Positions 28,690-41,288 of a stretch of DNA of 64,000 nt are shown in pieces. This stretch comes from Eledone cirrhosa. Lineage: Eukaryota. Position 1 is the first letter of the stretch. Each line of letters opens with the position of its first letter. The notes beneath the pieces are model-generated. The model was not told where the DNA came from. It was given only the letters and a program-made list of their open reading frames with translations, and ran no database searches. The stretch lies in NCBI GenBank assembly GCA_964016885.1, contig OZ024758.1, positions 5,704,001 to 5,768,000 of the forward strand, in the 5' to 3' direction. Both the position numbers and the translations under genes were made by a program.

Positions 28690-29115
28690 AATGAAATAAA
28701 CATCCCCATTCAAAAATAGAAATTAGGTGTGAACATAAAACCATAATTAAAAGGAAAGGGGCCGATCGTCAGATGAAACAAATCAAATTATACAAGGGCC
28801 TTATAATGTTGTATTTGTTTACCCAATCTAAATGATATTTAGCGTTATGATTTTAAATAATGGTATTTAGAATGATATTTAGAATAATGGCATGTTATTT
28901 AGTTCTGTTATTTCCAATTAGCCTTATTATGACTAAAATACTTAACATGACTATCATTGCAAATATTTTACTTCTGGTCTGTATTTGTATTTAGATATTT
29001 ACTAAACCTCACCCCAACATTATTCTAGTTTGAAAGGTTTGGTGTTATATATCAATAGAGAAATTTTCCTTCCCAATTCTATCACTCATGACCTATCAGG
29101 CAGATATTTACTGAG

Positions 29116-29444
29116 TACGAGAGTCGGCTGAAATGTTCATAGGCTGACTATGAAGGATTGAAATCTTGCTTGCGTTCATTTCAATTCTTCTTATTAATAA
29201 CTGCATTGTTTCTTTCCAGGGACTGTGTTGGAAAATAAACCTCATTTGGTCATTCTATGAGAGTATCTTTGTCAGTCTATGAAGGAGTGATGCTAGAGCT
29301 TGAAATCTTGCATGCGTTAATTTCAACTCTTCTTATTAATAACTGTATTATTTCTTTCCAGAGACTATGTGAAAAAATACACGTCATTTGGTCATTTCAT
29401 GAGAGTATCTTTGTTGGCCTTTGAACGTTTTGTCGACCCTCGTA
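29116..29444. mobile_element. Mariner-type MITE
   Basis: TIRs TAcgagagtcggctgaaatgttcatagg / cctttgaacgttttgtcgaccctcgTA with an internal tandem duplication. Related pieces at about 41585-41775 and 52780-53255. Confidence 0.7.
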
Positions 29445-30615
29445 TTATATTTTCATTGTGAGTATTCACTTCATTTATTCACTCACTACTACCTCTATAT
29501 GTATTTCATCTTATTGAGGATTGAAAAGCTTAACAGATTGTGTGTTGGTGGTTGTAGTAGTAGTAGTAGTAATTTTTTCGTTGTTTAAGATGTTAACATT
29601 GTCGCAGACTAGAAAAGAATAACACGTTTATCTTAGATCTCTGCAAAGCTGGTTCATGGATCGTCATCAGCTTTGTTTGTTATTAACGCCATATTGTTGT
29701 TATATAATACATTCAACATTACACGACCTCAACTCGTACTGTTTGTAACGTAAACCATGTTAACTGCTAGAAAACACACTGGCGAGACAAGACAAGACGG
29801 CGCAATATAAGAAAAGTAAAATAAAAGAGGTAAATATTAAAATGATAAGACGAACATTCGTCAAACTTCAATAGACTGCCGAATATATTATGTCATGTAT
29901 TAATCTCAGTTTTTTTAACGTCTAGTGTTGTATATTCAACAAACAATTCCATTTGTGTGTGCTCTGATTTGTGTGGGATATAACTAGGAGGGAGTGTTCA
30001 GCTTTATTCTTCGTGTCTAAGACAAACGCACGGACAGCAAATTGACTAATTCGTTAGAATGTCGGATAGAAAGCTTTGTGGTATCTTTTTTTACTTTCTG
30101 CTTTATCTGAGTTCAAATCCCGCCGAGGACAATTTTACCTTTCATTCAACCCAGGTCGATAAAAATGTACCAGTTAAGTACTGGGGTCGATTCTTTCTCT
30201 ATATCTCTTCTTTCTCACTCCCATTCTTTCACTCTCTGTCTCCTCTGGAAGAAATCTACGCTGTTCAGACCAGGAGAAGCAATGGGCTTCGCCAGGTTTA
30301 AAAATACCCTAGAAACGCCGTACGTCAACACATCGCACATAGGACCCCCCCCCCCCCCAGGAATTACGAGTCCATACATACACACGTTTAGTTTATCTTG
30401 GCGTCTGGTGCTGGTGGTGTTAGTGGTAGTGCTGATGGTTTTGATGGGATCTTGGTGGCAGCAGTAGTAGCAGCAGTATTAGTAGTAGTAGTAGTAGCAG
30501 CATCAGCATCAGCAGTAGTAGTAGTAGTAGTAGCAGCAACAGTAGCAGTAGTAGTAGTAGCAGTAGTAGTAGCAGTAGCAGTAGTAGTAGTAGCAGTAGC
30601 AATAGCAGTAGTAGC

Positions 30616-30647
<32 letters not shown>

Positions 30648-30876
30648 GCTAGAATTATCATGGCCCTAGAACTGTATTATCTTTGACAGGAAAGATAAGA
30701 CATATTTCACACGGCTTTACTTCCGGTAGTCAGGCAGAATCAATGATATAGCTGGGTCAGTTTGACTCTACAGACAGACGCCATCACTATACAGGATGTC
30801 ACTGTGAAAGATGTCTGGTCAGGATTGTACGACAGAACGATAGAATAGGAAGTGATGGACGAGGTGGAATATACCC

Positions 30877-31190
30877 AGGGCTGGAATATACCCACCCTTG
30901 CTGGGCCCGGGTCACTTCAGGTTTGAGGTCTCCCTCATACACAAAATATTAGAATACCCACCAAACCCCAAACTTTGACGTATCAAAGTTAGCTTGGCTT
31001 GGCTCAAGTAATTGGAATTGAGCACTTATATATACAAGTATTAAATTCAAAAGTTCTAACCATCCTAAAACTAAAAAGCCCAGCTGAGGGCACAAATATT
31101 TTTCTACGGCCGTCGGTGGTGTACCTCCCCTCCCACTGCAGGGAGCCTGGGACAATTGTCCCTTTTGCACCCCCATTAAATCCAGCTCTG
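30877..31190. mobile_element. Putative MITE
   Basis: Short TIRs CAGGGCTGGA / TCCAGCTCTG with GC-rich subterminal blocks. Confidence 0.45.
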
Positions 31191-31308
31191 AATTATGATT
31201 TAAAGGATGATGATGGTGTGGTGCTGGTGTTGGACAAGCTGGCCTTTACAAAATTATTGATAATGGATAATATAATTTAGATTTTTGGTTTTTTTTTAAC
31301 TAGTCACT

Positions 31309-31309
<1 letters not shown>

Positions 31310-31340
<31 letters not shown>

Positions 31341-31492
31341 AAGGGGTGGGACCTAATATATATATATATATAGAGAGAGAGGTGGGACCTAATATATATA
31401 TATAGAGAGAGAGAGGTGGGACCTAATATATATATATATAGAGAGAGAGAGGTGGGACCTAATATATATATATAGAGAGAGAGGTGGGACCT
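31310..31492. repeat. About 33-bp tandem unit (GGTGGGACCTAA-(TA)n-(GA)n), about 5 copies
   Basis: Direct reading. Confidence 0.9.
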
Positions 31493-31698
31493 GACGGTTT
31501 TATGAGGTGAATGTCTAAGACTGTGAATACGGAGGAGGATGTGTTTACGAGATTTTAAAGATGAGATATTTAAACTCTGCTAAAGTAAATAAACTAAAAC
31601 TGTAGATAAGTGAGTTGATGTGATGTTATATAATCGGTAGCGGGGTGGGCAGGTCAGACGGGTGGGTCTGATAGATCTCACTCTACTGTAAACCATAG

Positions 31699-32162
31699 GT
31701 GATGATGATGATGATAATGGCGATGATAATAGTGATGATGATGATGATAATAGAGATGATGGTGATGACGATAACGATGATAATAGTGATAATTGTGATA
31801 ACGATGATGATGATAATGATGACGATGATAATAATAGTGAGGATAACTAAGATGATGATGATAATGATGATCATGATGATGGGGGATGATGATGGTGATG
31901 ATGATGATGATGATAATAGTGATGATGGTGATGCTGCTGCTGCTGATGATGATGGTGGTGGTGGTGACGGCGATAATAGTGATGATGCTGACGACGATGA
32001 TGATGATAATGGTGATGGTGATGACGGTGATAATGACGATAATAGTGAGGACGCTGGCGATGATGCTGCTGATGATGATGCTGATGATAGTGGTGGTGGT
32101 GGTGGTGGTGGTGCTGATGATGATGCTGCTGACGGTAGTGCTGCTGCTGTTGCTATGACGAT
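31699..32162. repeat. Degenerate (GAT/GGT/GCT)n trinucleotide repeat
   Basis: Direct reading. Confidence 0.9.
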
Positions 32163-32252
32163 AGTCTGCCCCTCCTTATAAACTGATATCAAAATTAGTG
32201 TCAGGGTCACAACTTTTATTTTTTGGCTAATCCCACTTCTTTGACTACGGCC

Positions 32253-32325
<73 letters not shown>

Positions 32326-32457
32326 CGCGCGTGTGCTTAGTGTGTATATATATATATATATATATATAACACACACACATATATATAAACATACACACGC
32401 ATATATATACACATATTTATTAGAATGCTGAAGTATGTATACATTTTTTGGGACACC

Positions 32458-32497
<40 letters not shown>

Positions 32498-32984
32498 ATG
32501 TATATAAATATATATATGCATGTATATATATATTTATTATATATATGTATATGTATATATGTATGTATGTATGCATGTGTGTATGTATGTATGCATATAT
32601 ATATATACATATATATATACATATATATATGTATGTATATATATATATATATATATGAGGACATCTCAAGTTGTGTGAAAGATGGGCGTCAGTTTAAATC
32701 AGTGTTACACATTACCACGAGAAGGTATCTGCCTTATTAAACAGTGAAGACTTTAAAGATGAAAGTCTGAAAACAAGGATTAGAGAACGATGAAATAAAG
32801 ACATTTTACAGCCGGATAATTAGGTTGGAATTGTGTCGAGACTTAAGGCTTGTAGAAATAATTATATATAATACACATTCTTTATTTTACAGTTTTACTT
32901 ATTTCTGTTATTTCACTGTAGCTATTGGTGAGTGAGTAACTTCTACAGTTTAAAAGATTCTATTGAATCCTACTTCCAGTATTC

Positions 32985-33308
32985 ACCATATTTCTCGGCG
33001 TTGAAGACGCTACTTTTCCCCCCTAAAATAAGTCTCAAAAATCTACCATGCGTCCAGGAGGCCGAAGGTTGTTTATTATTTTATTTAGAGTTACGGCCCT
33101 TGCCATTCTGAGTTCAAATCCCGCCGAGGTTAACTTTGCCTTTCATCCTTACGGGGTCGATAAAATAAAGTACCAGTAATACACTGAGTTATTGCTGGCC
33201 TTGTGCCTAACGTAGAAACAATTTTTTTTTTTTTTTTTTAATTTTTGGTTGTCAAAATTAGGGTGCGTCCACGAGGACGAAGCGTCTTCGGCGCCGGGAA
33301 ATACGGTA
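32985..33308. mobile_element. Tc1/pogo-type MITE interrupted by a SINE S1 fragment (about 33087-33222)
   Basis: TIRs caccatatttctcggcgttgaagacgc / gcgtcttcggcgccgggaaatacggta. Confidence 0.7.
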
Positions 33309-33673
33309 TTTTATAGATTACAACTTATTTTATAAATGTATTCGCGAGTTTTGTATCGAATAATAATAATTATATTCGATTCGTTTGCAAGCAAACAGCC
33401 TCACATAACGATGATGATGATAATGATGACGACGATGATAATAATAGTGAGGATAACTAAGATGATGATGATAGTAGTGATGATGATGATGATAATAGTG
33501 ATGATGGGGATGATGATAGTGATGATGATGATAATAGTGATGATGGGGATGATGATAGTGATGATGATGATAATAGTGATGATGATGATGATAGTAGTGA
33601 TGATGGTAGTGATGATATGTGTTTTAGACGACCATCGTCATACTTTTGTTCTAGCGAATCGAATAATATTATT

Positions 33674-33800
33674 GGTGGATTGACAGTATCGGTAGAGGGT
33701 TGGACGCCATGCTTTGCAGCAAAGAGTTACGGCCCTTTACGGTCTGAATTCAAATCCAGCCGATGTTAGCTGTGCCTTTCATCCTTACGGGGTCGATATA
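33674..33800 (+). mobile_element. SINE S1 (3'-truncated)
   Basis: A/B boxes and central domain. Confidence 0.75.
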
Positions 33801-33846
33801 ACTGGAAGGAGTGTTTGAAGACTCTGCCCGCACGACCCTCCCAGGG

Positions 33847-33878
<32 letters not shown>

Positions 33879-35512
33879 AACAAGAAGAACAAGAAAAACA
33901 AGAAGAAGAAGAAGACGACTATTTATTTCATTCATTGGTGAATGAAAAGGAAATTGGTCCTGAGCGGAATTTGAACTCAGAACATAAAGAAAGGTGAAGG
34001 TACACCACACTGTCTGTTGTCAGACGTTCATTACAAATATTGCCACATCGTGTTTTTCAGGCCGTCGGATATAATTTAAGAAAAGCCCGAGCTGCTCTGG
34101 TATGGCAGGTACGAGAGAAGAGCAAGGTTAAACATGGAATATAATATTGCCTGGTTTTATGATTTCAGATCCCATTGAAGCCTCGTGTGCTTACATGATT
34201 CTATTAGTTTTGAATTCTGTTCTAAGCCGAAAGCTCATCAAGCCGGTGTTTATTCCCGGTTCTTTGGTGCTAAGCGACTGAGAGTACAAGACTCTCTCAG
34301 GATAAGACGCCAGTCTATCGCAGGTTTAACTCCCCAGCTAATGCTGCTACTCACTCATCTCGGCTGAGTGTACGGGAGCAACCTGAAATAAAGAATTTTA
34401 CTCAAGAACACAGCGCAGTAGCTTGTCCAGGAACCGGGCCGACGATATTACGATCCTATGACAAACATCCTAATCTTTAGGGATTGCGCCTTCACATAAT
34501 TCTAGGGAGTCCATAAATATGTACATGCTAGACATATAGTGAGAATGATGCAATGGATTCGAGCTTTTCCGTTAGCGCCATTGCGTAATATTAAGAAGTG
34601 GTTAGTAAATAAAGGTTTAAAGTTTTGAAGAGAGAGAAAATAGCTGCTGTACAACATAGAAAGATACATAGTATAGCTTTTAGGTATATACTGATAGAGA
34701 GAGATAGTATTGATTGAAACTGGTGATGAATGAAGTGTAGGTGAAGTAGAAGGGGGAGATAGATAGGAAGTGGGGGTGGGTAGAGATGTAGATAAAAGAA
34801 TAAACAGATACAAAAACAGATGTGTGCTTTTGAGTAACTATGTATATGTGTGTGTGTGTGTGTTTACATACATATACACACTACACACTACACATACACA
34901 CTACACATACACGCTACACCCCACACGCTACACATACACACATACACATACATACACACACACACAGAATGACTACAATGCAAGGCCGTTTATTTCATTC
35001 AGTAAGTTTTAGTGGCAGGGGACGGGGACAATATATAAAAACATCATCCAGAAGGAAATGGCAAAGAACCGCCTAAAGAATGAAATAGACAAAAAATGTG
35101 TAAATATTCTTCATTCGGAATAGTTTTTTGGTGTTCCAATTTTTTTTTCTTCGTGGCTTGAAATCGTGTTAGGGAGAAATGTTAAATAGATTTTTTTCCC
35201 AGTTGCCAAAAAAAAACCCATCTCCAAAAAACCGCAATAATAATAATAATAATGATTTCATTTATTGGCCACAAGGGCCGACATATAGGGGACAACACAA
35301 TAGACAGGGACAGTGGGGGTTTACATAGAGATCGAGTAAGTATAAATAACAAAAAAACAAAAACAAAATAACAATAAAAATACAACAATGAAAGTTCCCC
35401 AATAAGAGGGATCACCACCCAGGGTTGACTCAAGCACCCCACCAGTCCTGAGCCACCCGACGCTCCTAGGGCACCCGGGAAGGGCACCCCTCTCCTTCTC
35501 GAATTCACCAGC

Positions 35513-38500
35513 CTACAGGCGCATGATCAGAGTAGGCCCACTCACGCGGGCCATTCTCGCCACATTCACCCACCTTTCAGTAAATGTACTGGGGGGCAGC
35601 ACTTCTCTCTCCACCCTCACCTTCCTTTCCAAGTGAAACTTGAAGAAGTTGATGAGGGATTGGCCGAAGAGAAAAGTGTCTGTCTTCAGTCCTTTCAACC
35701 TGGTCCACCATGCAACCTCTTTCGCTACTGCCACCAGGCAGAGGAAAATTGCCTGCCCTTCCTGACCAAAAGAAGGCGGCGGGTCAATCTTCACTATGGA
35801 CTCGGACGATAGCCGGATCCGTTCTACACGCGACAATAGCTGTTCGACATAACCCCACAAGTCAGCAATGCACGGACACTGGACGAGTGCGTGCAGAACG
35901 GTTTCGTCGCTCTGCGCGCATCTCGGGCAGGTTCGTCTGACAGCACTTCCGTGCCTGTAGAGTTTATCCCGAACCGGCAGCGCCCCCCGGTAGCACTGCC
36001 AAGCGAGGGATTTCTGGAAGTTATCCATCGTCCCCGGCTCGAAAGTCCTCCGGAACATACTGGTCAGTTCTACTTCGTTGACGCCCAGAGCCTCTCCTAG
36101 TACGTCATCGCACTTGCCCTCCACTAATCCTCTATAGAAATCTTGAGTGGAAGTTCCACTGACCGCATTGCCCACCTTGCAGAGTGCAGTGAGCGCCTGG
36201 CAACATTCCAGATGCCAGTCGCCCAGTCTCGGTCTCTTCTTGACCCAGGACTGCAGCTCAGTCAAAGAGATGAGCTGCGGAAAGGCCCGTCTAACAAACG
36301 GCGACCACACCTGTTCACCGTTTAGGCAAAATATCTGGAGATGTCGCAGCCTCAGCGCATGTCTGCGCATCATTAGCCACGGCATGCCCAGCCCTCCACG
36401 AAGAGGGTGCTGGCAGCAGATGGACCGCCTCACCAACGGGACCCGTCCCCTCCACAAAAATTTGAAAAGGAGCCGTTCCAAATTGGCGAGGCGTGGACGG
36501 GGGCAAGGCACGACGGTCAGGCGGTAGTAGATGACGGACGCGATGTACGCGTTCGCCACCTCCGCCCGCCCTTTCAGTGATAGCTTTCTCTCAGCCCATT
36601 TCTGGGTGAGGTTGGCTATCCTGCTCGTCACCTCGTCCCAATTCTTATCCACCTGGAGGTCTGGTCCGAACCAAACCCCGAGCAACTTTACCGGTCCGTC
36701 TGTCCAGCGCCCAACGACGCTGTTGGACGGCATGGACTTGCCTCTCCAGGTGCCGAGCTGCAAGCCCACCGACTTTTCCGGGTTAAGTTTTGCTCCCGTC
36801 AACCTTTCATATTCCTCCAAATGGGTGCGGATCACCTCGATTTCCGAGGTGTCCGACACCATCACGGTGATGTCGTCCGCATAAGCGGACGCAGCCTTTC
36901 TACGTCCCGGTTCGAGCGGGATGCCCTGCAACAACTCCAGCTTCCGCAGTAGAGGCTCAAGAGTCAATACGTACAGAAGTGAGGAGAGAGGGCACCCTTG
37001 ACGGACCGATCGAGAGATCTGAAACGGTTCCGAGAGGTGGCCATTAACTTTGACCACCGAGCGGATGCCGCTGTACATTGCAGCGATCCAGCTTCTGTAG
37101 ACGGGGCCGAAGCCAGCCGCCTCGAGGACAGCCTCCAAGTACCGATGGTCGACCCTATCGAATGCTTTCGATTGATCTAAATTGATCAGAGCCCCACCGA
37201 AGCCAGGTTTGCACCCAACCCTCTCTATGATGTATCGCATGAGGTGGAGGTTGTCGTGTATGGACCTGGTCGGGATTGCGCAAGTTTGCGCCTCCCCAAC
37301 CAAATCCTCGACGACAAGCGCCAACCTTTTCGCTAACACCTTGGCCAAAATCTTAAACTCTGTGTTGAGCAGGGTTATGGGCCTGAAATTATCTAGTGTG
37401 TCCCTCTTGTTCTCGTCTTTCCTTATCAGCGTCACTACGCCACGGCTCACAGAACTGGGAATGCTCCCGTTCTGCTGCCAGTTGCAGTAGAGCGCTTCGA
37501 GGAGATCGGAGAACAAGTCTGGCATATTTACGTAAAGCTCGTAGGGCAGACCATCCAAACCGGGTGACTTGCGACTCGAGCAGCCGACAAGGGCGTCCTG
37601 AATTTCGGCTGATGTTATCGGCTCTTCGCAGCGCTCAGCGTCGGCCGTCGAGAGGCGTGGCAAGCCGTCGAGGTAGGGACTGAAGTCCGCCGCCGTCTCC
37701 GACTCACCCATCCTCCCGAACAATCGAGCAAAGTGCTGGCGAAAGGCCTCACACATCTGCTTGGAATCGCTCAGTTCGTGTCCATCTCGATCCGTCAAAG
37801 ACCGAATTGTGGTTTTATTTCCACGCTGCGTCTCTGCAAAGCGAGCCCATCGGGCAGCTTTGGTTCCCTCGTTCCTCAGAGCACGCGCCTTAGCTCTGAC
37901 AATGCAACCTTCGTGTTTCGCATTGAAGAAATGGTCTAGTGCCATTCTCGCCGCTAGCACGTCTGTTGCAATGCCACTACAAATAGCCTCGTCTAACTTA
38001 GCTATCAGCCCCTCCTCCTTTCTATTTTTCTCTATTGCTACTTCTTTGCTAAATCCTATCGAGGTTGCTCTAATCTCTCTTTTGAGTGCCCCCCACCACC
38101 TGTTGTTGACAACCCCCCCTGTCAACTTTTGCTTAACTAAGTTGTTGACCCGGTCCCTGTAAGCTTTACGTGCCGGAAACGACATGTTTAGCTTCCAGTA
38201 GCTAGGTCCTAACCTACGTGTCTTATCTAGGTCGACCATACAGATCACAAGCTTGTGATCTGAATAGGCAACCGTTTTAAAATGTGGACATCCTACACTA
38301 TTTCTATCTCTTTTCCTAATGAAAATCCTATCTATGTACGATCTAGATGACCCTATGCGATTGGTCCAGGTCCATACTGGCGCATTAGGGAAATCTAGTC
38401 GGTACCTGTCAGACAGTTGAAACTGGCTGATCAGGTACTTGAGGCTTTTGCACCCCCCGCTCCTATCAGATACTCCCACACAATCCCAGCGTGCTTCTAA

Positions 38501-38932
38501 GATGCCATTCCAATCCCCTATTAACAGTAAAGGGCGAGACGTAAGCAGAAAGTTTTCCAGGCGCCTAAAGAAGTCCGGCCGACCGGCCCCAGTAGGGGCG
38601 TAGACGGCCACCAGTCTAAAGGCACCACCTTCGCTATTGCTCACGTCCAGGACCACCAACTTTCCGTCAGGATCCCGGAAGATTGACCTTACCTCGAGAT
38701 CCAGACATTTCCTAAACAGCACAGCCACTCCACCTCCCATTCCCGGCCGACTAACAGATGCAAAGATCTGATAATCGTCGAAAATCGGCGCCAGTGCGCG
38801 TGTGTCGGAAATTCTGGTCTCGCTGATGGCAATTACATCCATTCCTAGTGACCTGAGGTCGTTGAGCAAGTGACCTTGCTTCCAGGGCGACCCCAGGCCA
38901 CGAACATTTAAACTTCCTACTCTTATGGCCAT
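35513..38932 (-). CDS. Tx1-type ORF2p: APE endonuclease, reverse transcriptase and C-terminal zinc motif, copy A, 1139 aa
   Basis: APE motifs GSLNVRGL, ISETR, IGDWN, YIDRIF, YSDH. RT motifs SPGLDG, NFRPITLLN, LDQSKAFDRVDH, VRQGCPLS, YADD. C-terminal CPRC..ETVLHALVQC. Uninterrupted. Confidence 0.97.
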   Translation of the reverse strand: MAIRVGSLNVRGLGSPWKQGHLLNDLRSLGMDVIAISETRISDTRALAPIFDDYQIFASVSRPGMGGGVAVLFRKCLDLEVRSIFRDPDGKLVVLDVSNSEGGAFRLVAVYAPTGAGRPDFFRRLENFLLTSRPLLLIGDWNGILEARWDCVGVSDRSGGCKSLKYLISQFQLSDRYRLDFPNAPVWTWTNRIGSSRSYIDRIFIRKRDRNSVGCPHFKTVAYSDHKLVICMVDLDKTRRLGPSYWKLNMSFPARKAYRDRVNNLVKQKLTGGVVNNRWWGALKREIRATSIGFSKEVAIEKNRKEEGLIAKLDEAICSGIATDVLAARMALDHFFNAKHEGCIVRAKARALRNEGTKAARWARFAETQRGNKTTIRSLTDRDGHELSDSKQMCEAFRQHFARLFGRMGESETAADFSPYLDGLPRLSTADAERCEEPITSAEIQDALVGCSSRKSPGLDGLPYELYVNMPDLFSDLLEALYCNWQQNGSIPSSVSRGVVTLIRKDENKRDTLDNFRPITLLNTEFKILAKVLAKRLALVVEDLVGEAQTCAIPTRSIHDNLHLMRYIIERVGCKPGFGGALINLDQSKAFDRVDHRYLEAVLEAAGFGPVYRSWIAAMYSGIRSVVKVNGHLSEPFQISRSVRQGCPLSSLLYVLTLEPLLRKLELLQGIPLEPGRRKAASAYADDITVMVSDTSEIEVIRTHLEEYERLTGAKLNPEKSVGLQLGTWRGKSMPSNSVVGRWTDGPVKLLGVWFGPDLQVDKNWDEVTSRIANLTQKWAERKLSLKGRAEVANAYIASVIYYRLTVVPCPRPRLANLERLLFKFLWRGRVPLVRRSICCQHPLRGGLGMPWLMMRRHALRLRHLQIFCLNGEQVWSPFVRRAFPQLISLTELQSWVKKRPRLGDWHLECCQALTALCKVGNAVSGTSTQDFYRGLVEGKCDDVLGEALGVNEVELTSMFRRTFEPGTMDNFQKSLAWQCYRGALPVRDKLYRHGSAVRRTCPRCAQSDETVLHALVQCPCIADLWGYVEQLLSRVERIRLSSESIVKIDPPPSFGQEGQAIFLCLVAVAKEVAWWTRLKGLKTDTFLFGQSLINFFKFHLERKVRVEREVLPPSTFTERWVNVARMARVSGPTLIMRL

Positions 38933-38961
38933 GCTGGCAGGATGAATGGGAGAGGAAAGGT

Positions 38962-40824
38962 TTACTTACCTTCCGGGGTCTTGTGAAGGTCGGGTGGTTC
39001 GACCTCCATGGTTTGTGGGGTTTCTTTTGGGAACCCCTTTAATAGTCTTGACGTGGGTTTTACGTTCGGGGTTCCCACATCCCGAGGAAAGCTCTTTCGA
39101 ATTTCTTTGTATGAAGCGAGCGACATTCGCATCAGAAGCAAATTATCTGGTACGCGAAATGTGCTCGCTTCAAATGTTTCCCCGTCTTTTTCGATGTTTG
39201 TGCTTCGTGCTACATGGGCCATCAATTCCTTGTTGGCCCTTCTGGCAAGCACGAAGTTTTTAATGTTTTGTTGCTCGGGTTTTATTTGTTCGTGTGATTG
39301 TGGTGGTGATAGCTTTGTTAGTGTTGTTTCTATTGTGTCTGCGTTTGTTGTGGGTGGGGTGTCTGTAGTTTCTGATGTTTGTGTGTCTATTTGTTCTTGT
39401 GTCTGTTTAGCTTGTTTGCGTTTGGGGGATTTTGGTGGTTGTGTTGGTGATGCTGTGGGGAAAATGTTTGTGTGGGTGGTGTGTGTATTTTTTTTTGTGG
39501 GGGTGTTTGTGCTTTGTGGATTTCTTTTTTTTTTGTGTTTTGTTTTTTGTATTTTGGGGGACTTTGGTTTTCCCTCATCTTCACTGCTGGAGGATGAGGG
39601 GTCTGTGGCTGTGAGCGTGTTTGTGTCTGAGTGAGTGTTTATGTTCTTGTTCGTGTGTGTATTTTGGGGGGGAGGGGGAATGGGAGAGCTTTCCTCGTTT
39701 CCCCCCTGGGTGTGCAATTTTGGTGGTTCCATTGTTGACGGTGTTGCTGGTGGTCCTTGTCCCGGCGTCGCCAGCAGTGGAATCTTTCGACCCCTTGCGC
39801 TTTTCGGCAGTTGAGGGCAGAAGGCTCGCAAGTGTGTCGTTTCCCCACAAAGGAAACAATGCGGCCTTTTGCCCTCAGTCATTATATGCAACACCCTCCC
39901 GTTTTGGAGGCGGATGTGGTCCGGGATTGTTTTTACGTTTTCGGGTCTGATTTGGAGCAGTATCTCCAGATCAACCCCGGACCAGTCGTCCCTGGCAGTT
40001 CTCGTTGCCTCTACCGGGACTGTATCCGTTCCTTCCACGATTACGCAACCCAGGAGCCACCACATATCAAGTCCTGGTGGAATCCTGGGAATGCGCACAC
40101 GTGCTATTCGTTTTCCCATGTGGGAGGGGTACATTATGACCTTGCTGGTTTTGCAAGGGGTCATTGAATGCTTCACAGCGAGGGCTTCAGACTTGAACAG
40201 CACCGAAACGGTGCCGTATTGCCTGCCCCTCTCTATGAAGTCTGTGTCCTCTCTGATGTATTTCAGTGCGGCTTCTATGTCAGCTTGGGCGATTATCGCT
40301 GCCCTCTTTGTCTCTACTGAGATGCATCTGAAATGCACCGTTCTTTTTTCCACTGCCTCAATGGCTTCTGCCGGGACAGTTAAGTTTGCCCAGGTCTGCT
40401 CTTGGTTTATGATTTTCCAGGCCTGGGCCAACTTTTCCTCTCTGTTGGTTAAGTCGATGCTGTAGCATGGTCTCCTTTTAGCCGCTGCCACAGCAGCGAA
40501 AGTGTTCTTGTTGGTGTTGTCACTGTTGTTGTTCTTGTTGGTGTTGCTGCTGCTATTGCTGTTGTTGTTCTCCCCTGTGTCGTGGTTACCTTCTGTGCTG
40601 TTGGCCTTGTTGGTGCTCTCGCTATTACCACCTTCTGCGCTGTTCGGCTTGTTGGTGTTGGTGTTGTCGCTGTTACCACCTTCCGCGCCGCTCGGCCCGT
40701 TGGTGCTGGCACTGTCGCTGCTCACATTCGTGCTGGTGGCGCTCCTCGCCTCACCTCTCCTCTCAACGCTCAAGTCGCCGTTGCACGACAGCAGACCCGC
40801 CTCTAGGGGGCGTGGCTCCGCCAT
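38962..40824 (-). CDS. Tx1-type ORF1p (gag-like nucleic-acid-binding protein), copy A, 620 aa
   Basis: ATG at 40824 matches the copy B start (the track starts upstream at a non-ATG codon). N/S/T-rich N-terminus, CCHC knuckle CFLCGETTHLRAFC, K/T/P-rich tail. Confidence 0.9.
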   Translation of the reverse strand: MAEPRPLEAGLLSCNGDLSVERRGEARSATSTNVSSDSASTNGPSGAEGGNSDNTNTNKPNSAEGGNSESTNKANSTEGNHDTGENNNSNSSSNTNKNNNSDNTNKNTFAAVAAAKRRPCYSIDLTNREEKLAQAWKIINQEQTWANLTVPAEAIEAVEKRTVHFRCISVETKRAAIIAQADIEAALKYIREDTDFIERGRQYGTVSVLFKSEALAVKHSMTPCKTSKVIMYPSHMGKRIARVRIPRIPPGLDMWWLLGCVIVEGTDTVPVEATRTARDDWSGVDLEILLQIRPENVKTIPDHIRLQNGRVLHIMTEGKRPHCFLCGETTHLRAFCPQLPKSARGRKIPLLATPGQGPPATPSTMEPPKLHTQGGNEESSPIPPPPQNTHTNKNINTHSDTNTLTATDPSSSSSEDEGKPKSPKIQKTKHKKKRNPQSTNTPTKKNTHTTHTNIFPTASPTQPPKSPKRKQAKQTQEQIDTQTSETTDTPPTTNADTIETTLTKLSPPQSHEQIKPEQQNIKNFVLARRANKELMAHVARSTNIEKDGETFEASTFRVPDNLLLMRMSLASYKEIRKSFPRDVGTPNVKPTSRLLKGFPKETPQTMEVEPPDLHKTPEGK

Positions 40825-41058
40825 GTTTTTTTTGAGAAAAAAATTATTATTTTTTTCAAAATAAAGTTCAAATATTTGGGCCAAAAGGCCCAAATATTAT
40901 GAGTTATTCCTTCACAGGATACAAATTAATGTCTTATAATGCTTCAGCGGTACAAAAAATAAACAATTCTCTACAATTAATCCTCAAAAATTGCTTACTC
41001 ACGGAGCTTCAAAAAACGTACATCCACTTTCGTCAATAATAATAATAATAATAATAAT

Positions 41059-41245
41059 AATTGTTTCTACGTTAGGCACAAGGCCAGCAAATATCCCAGT
41101 GTATTACTGGTACTTTATTTTATCGACCCCCGTAAGGATGAAAGGCAAAGTTGACCTCGGCGGGATTTGAACTGAGATCGTAAAGGGCCGTAACTCTATG
41201 CTTCAAAGAATAGCGTCCGACTCTCTACCGATACTGCCAATCCTA
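41059..41245 (-). mobile_element. SINE S1 whose (ATT)n tail abuts the 5' end of Tx1 copy A
   Basis: Complete S1 with (AAT)n on both sides. Confidence 0.85.
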
Positions 41246-41250
41246 CACCC

Positions 41251-41288
<38 letters not shown>

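Larger units (their letters stand above)
35254..41034 (-). mobile_element. Full-length Tx1/L1-clade non-LTR retrotransposon, copy A (5781 bp)
   Basis: 210-nt 5'UTR, ORF1, ORF2, 3'UTR ending AATAAATGAAATC. (ATT)n on both sides (35236-35253 and 41035-41060). Near-identical to copy B. Confidence 0.96.

Noticed and set aside
35710-40864. Numerous ORFs antisense or out of frame within the Tx1 copies (for example 39008-39634 and 39869-40465)
   Set aside because: Shadows of the GC-richer ORF1/ORF2 with no recognisable domains; their duplication only reflects the element duplication.
40825-40893. 23-aa N-terminal extension of copy A ORF1 in the track
   Set aside because: Starts at a non-ATG codon in the 5'UTR; the first ATG is at 40824, equivalent to copy B.
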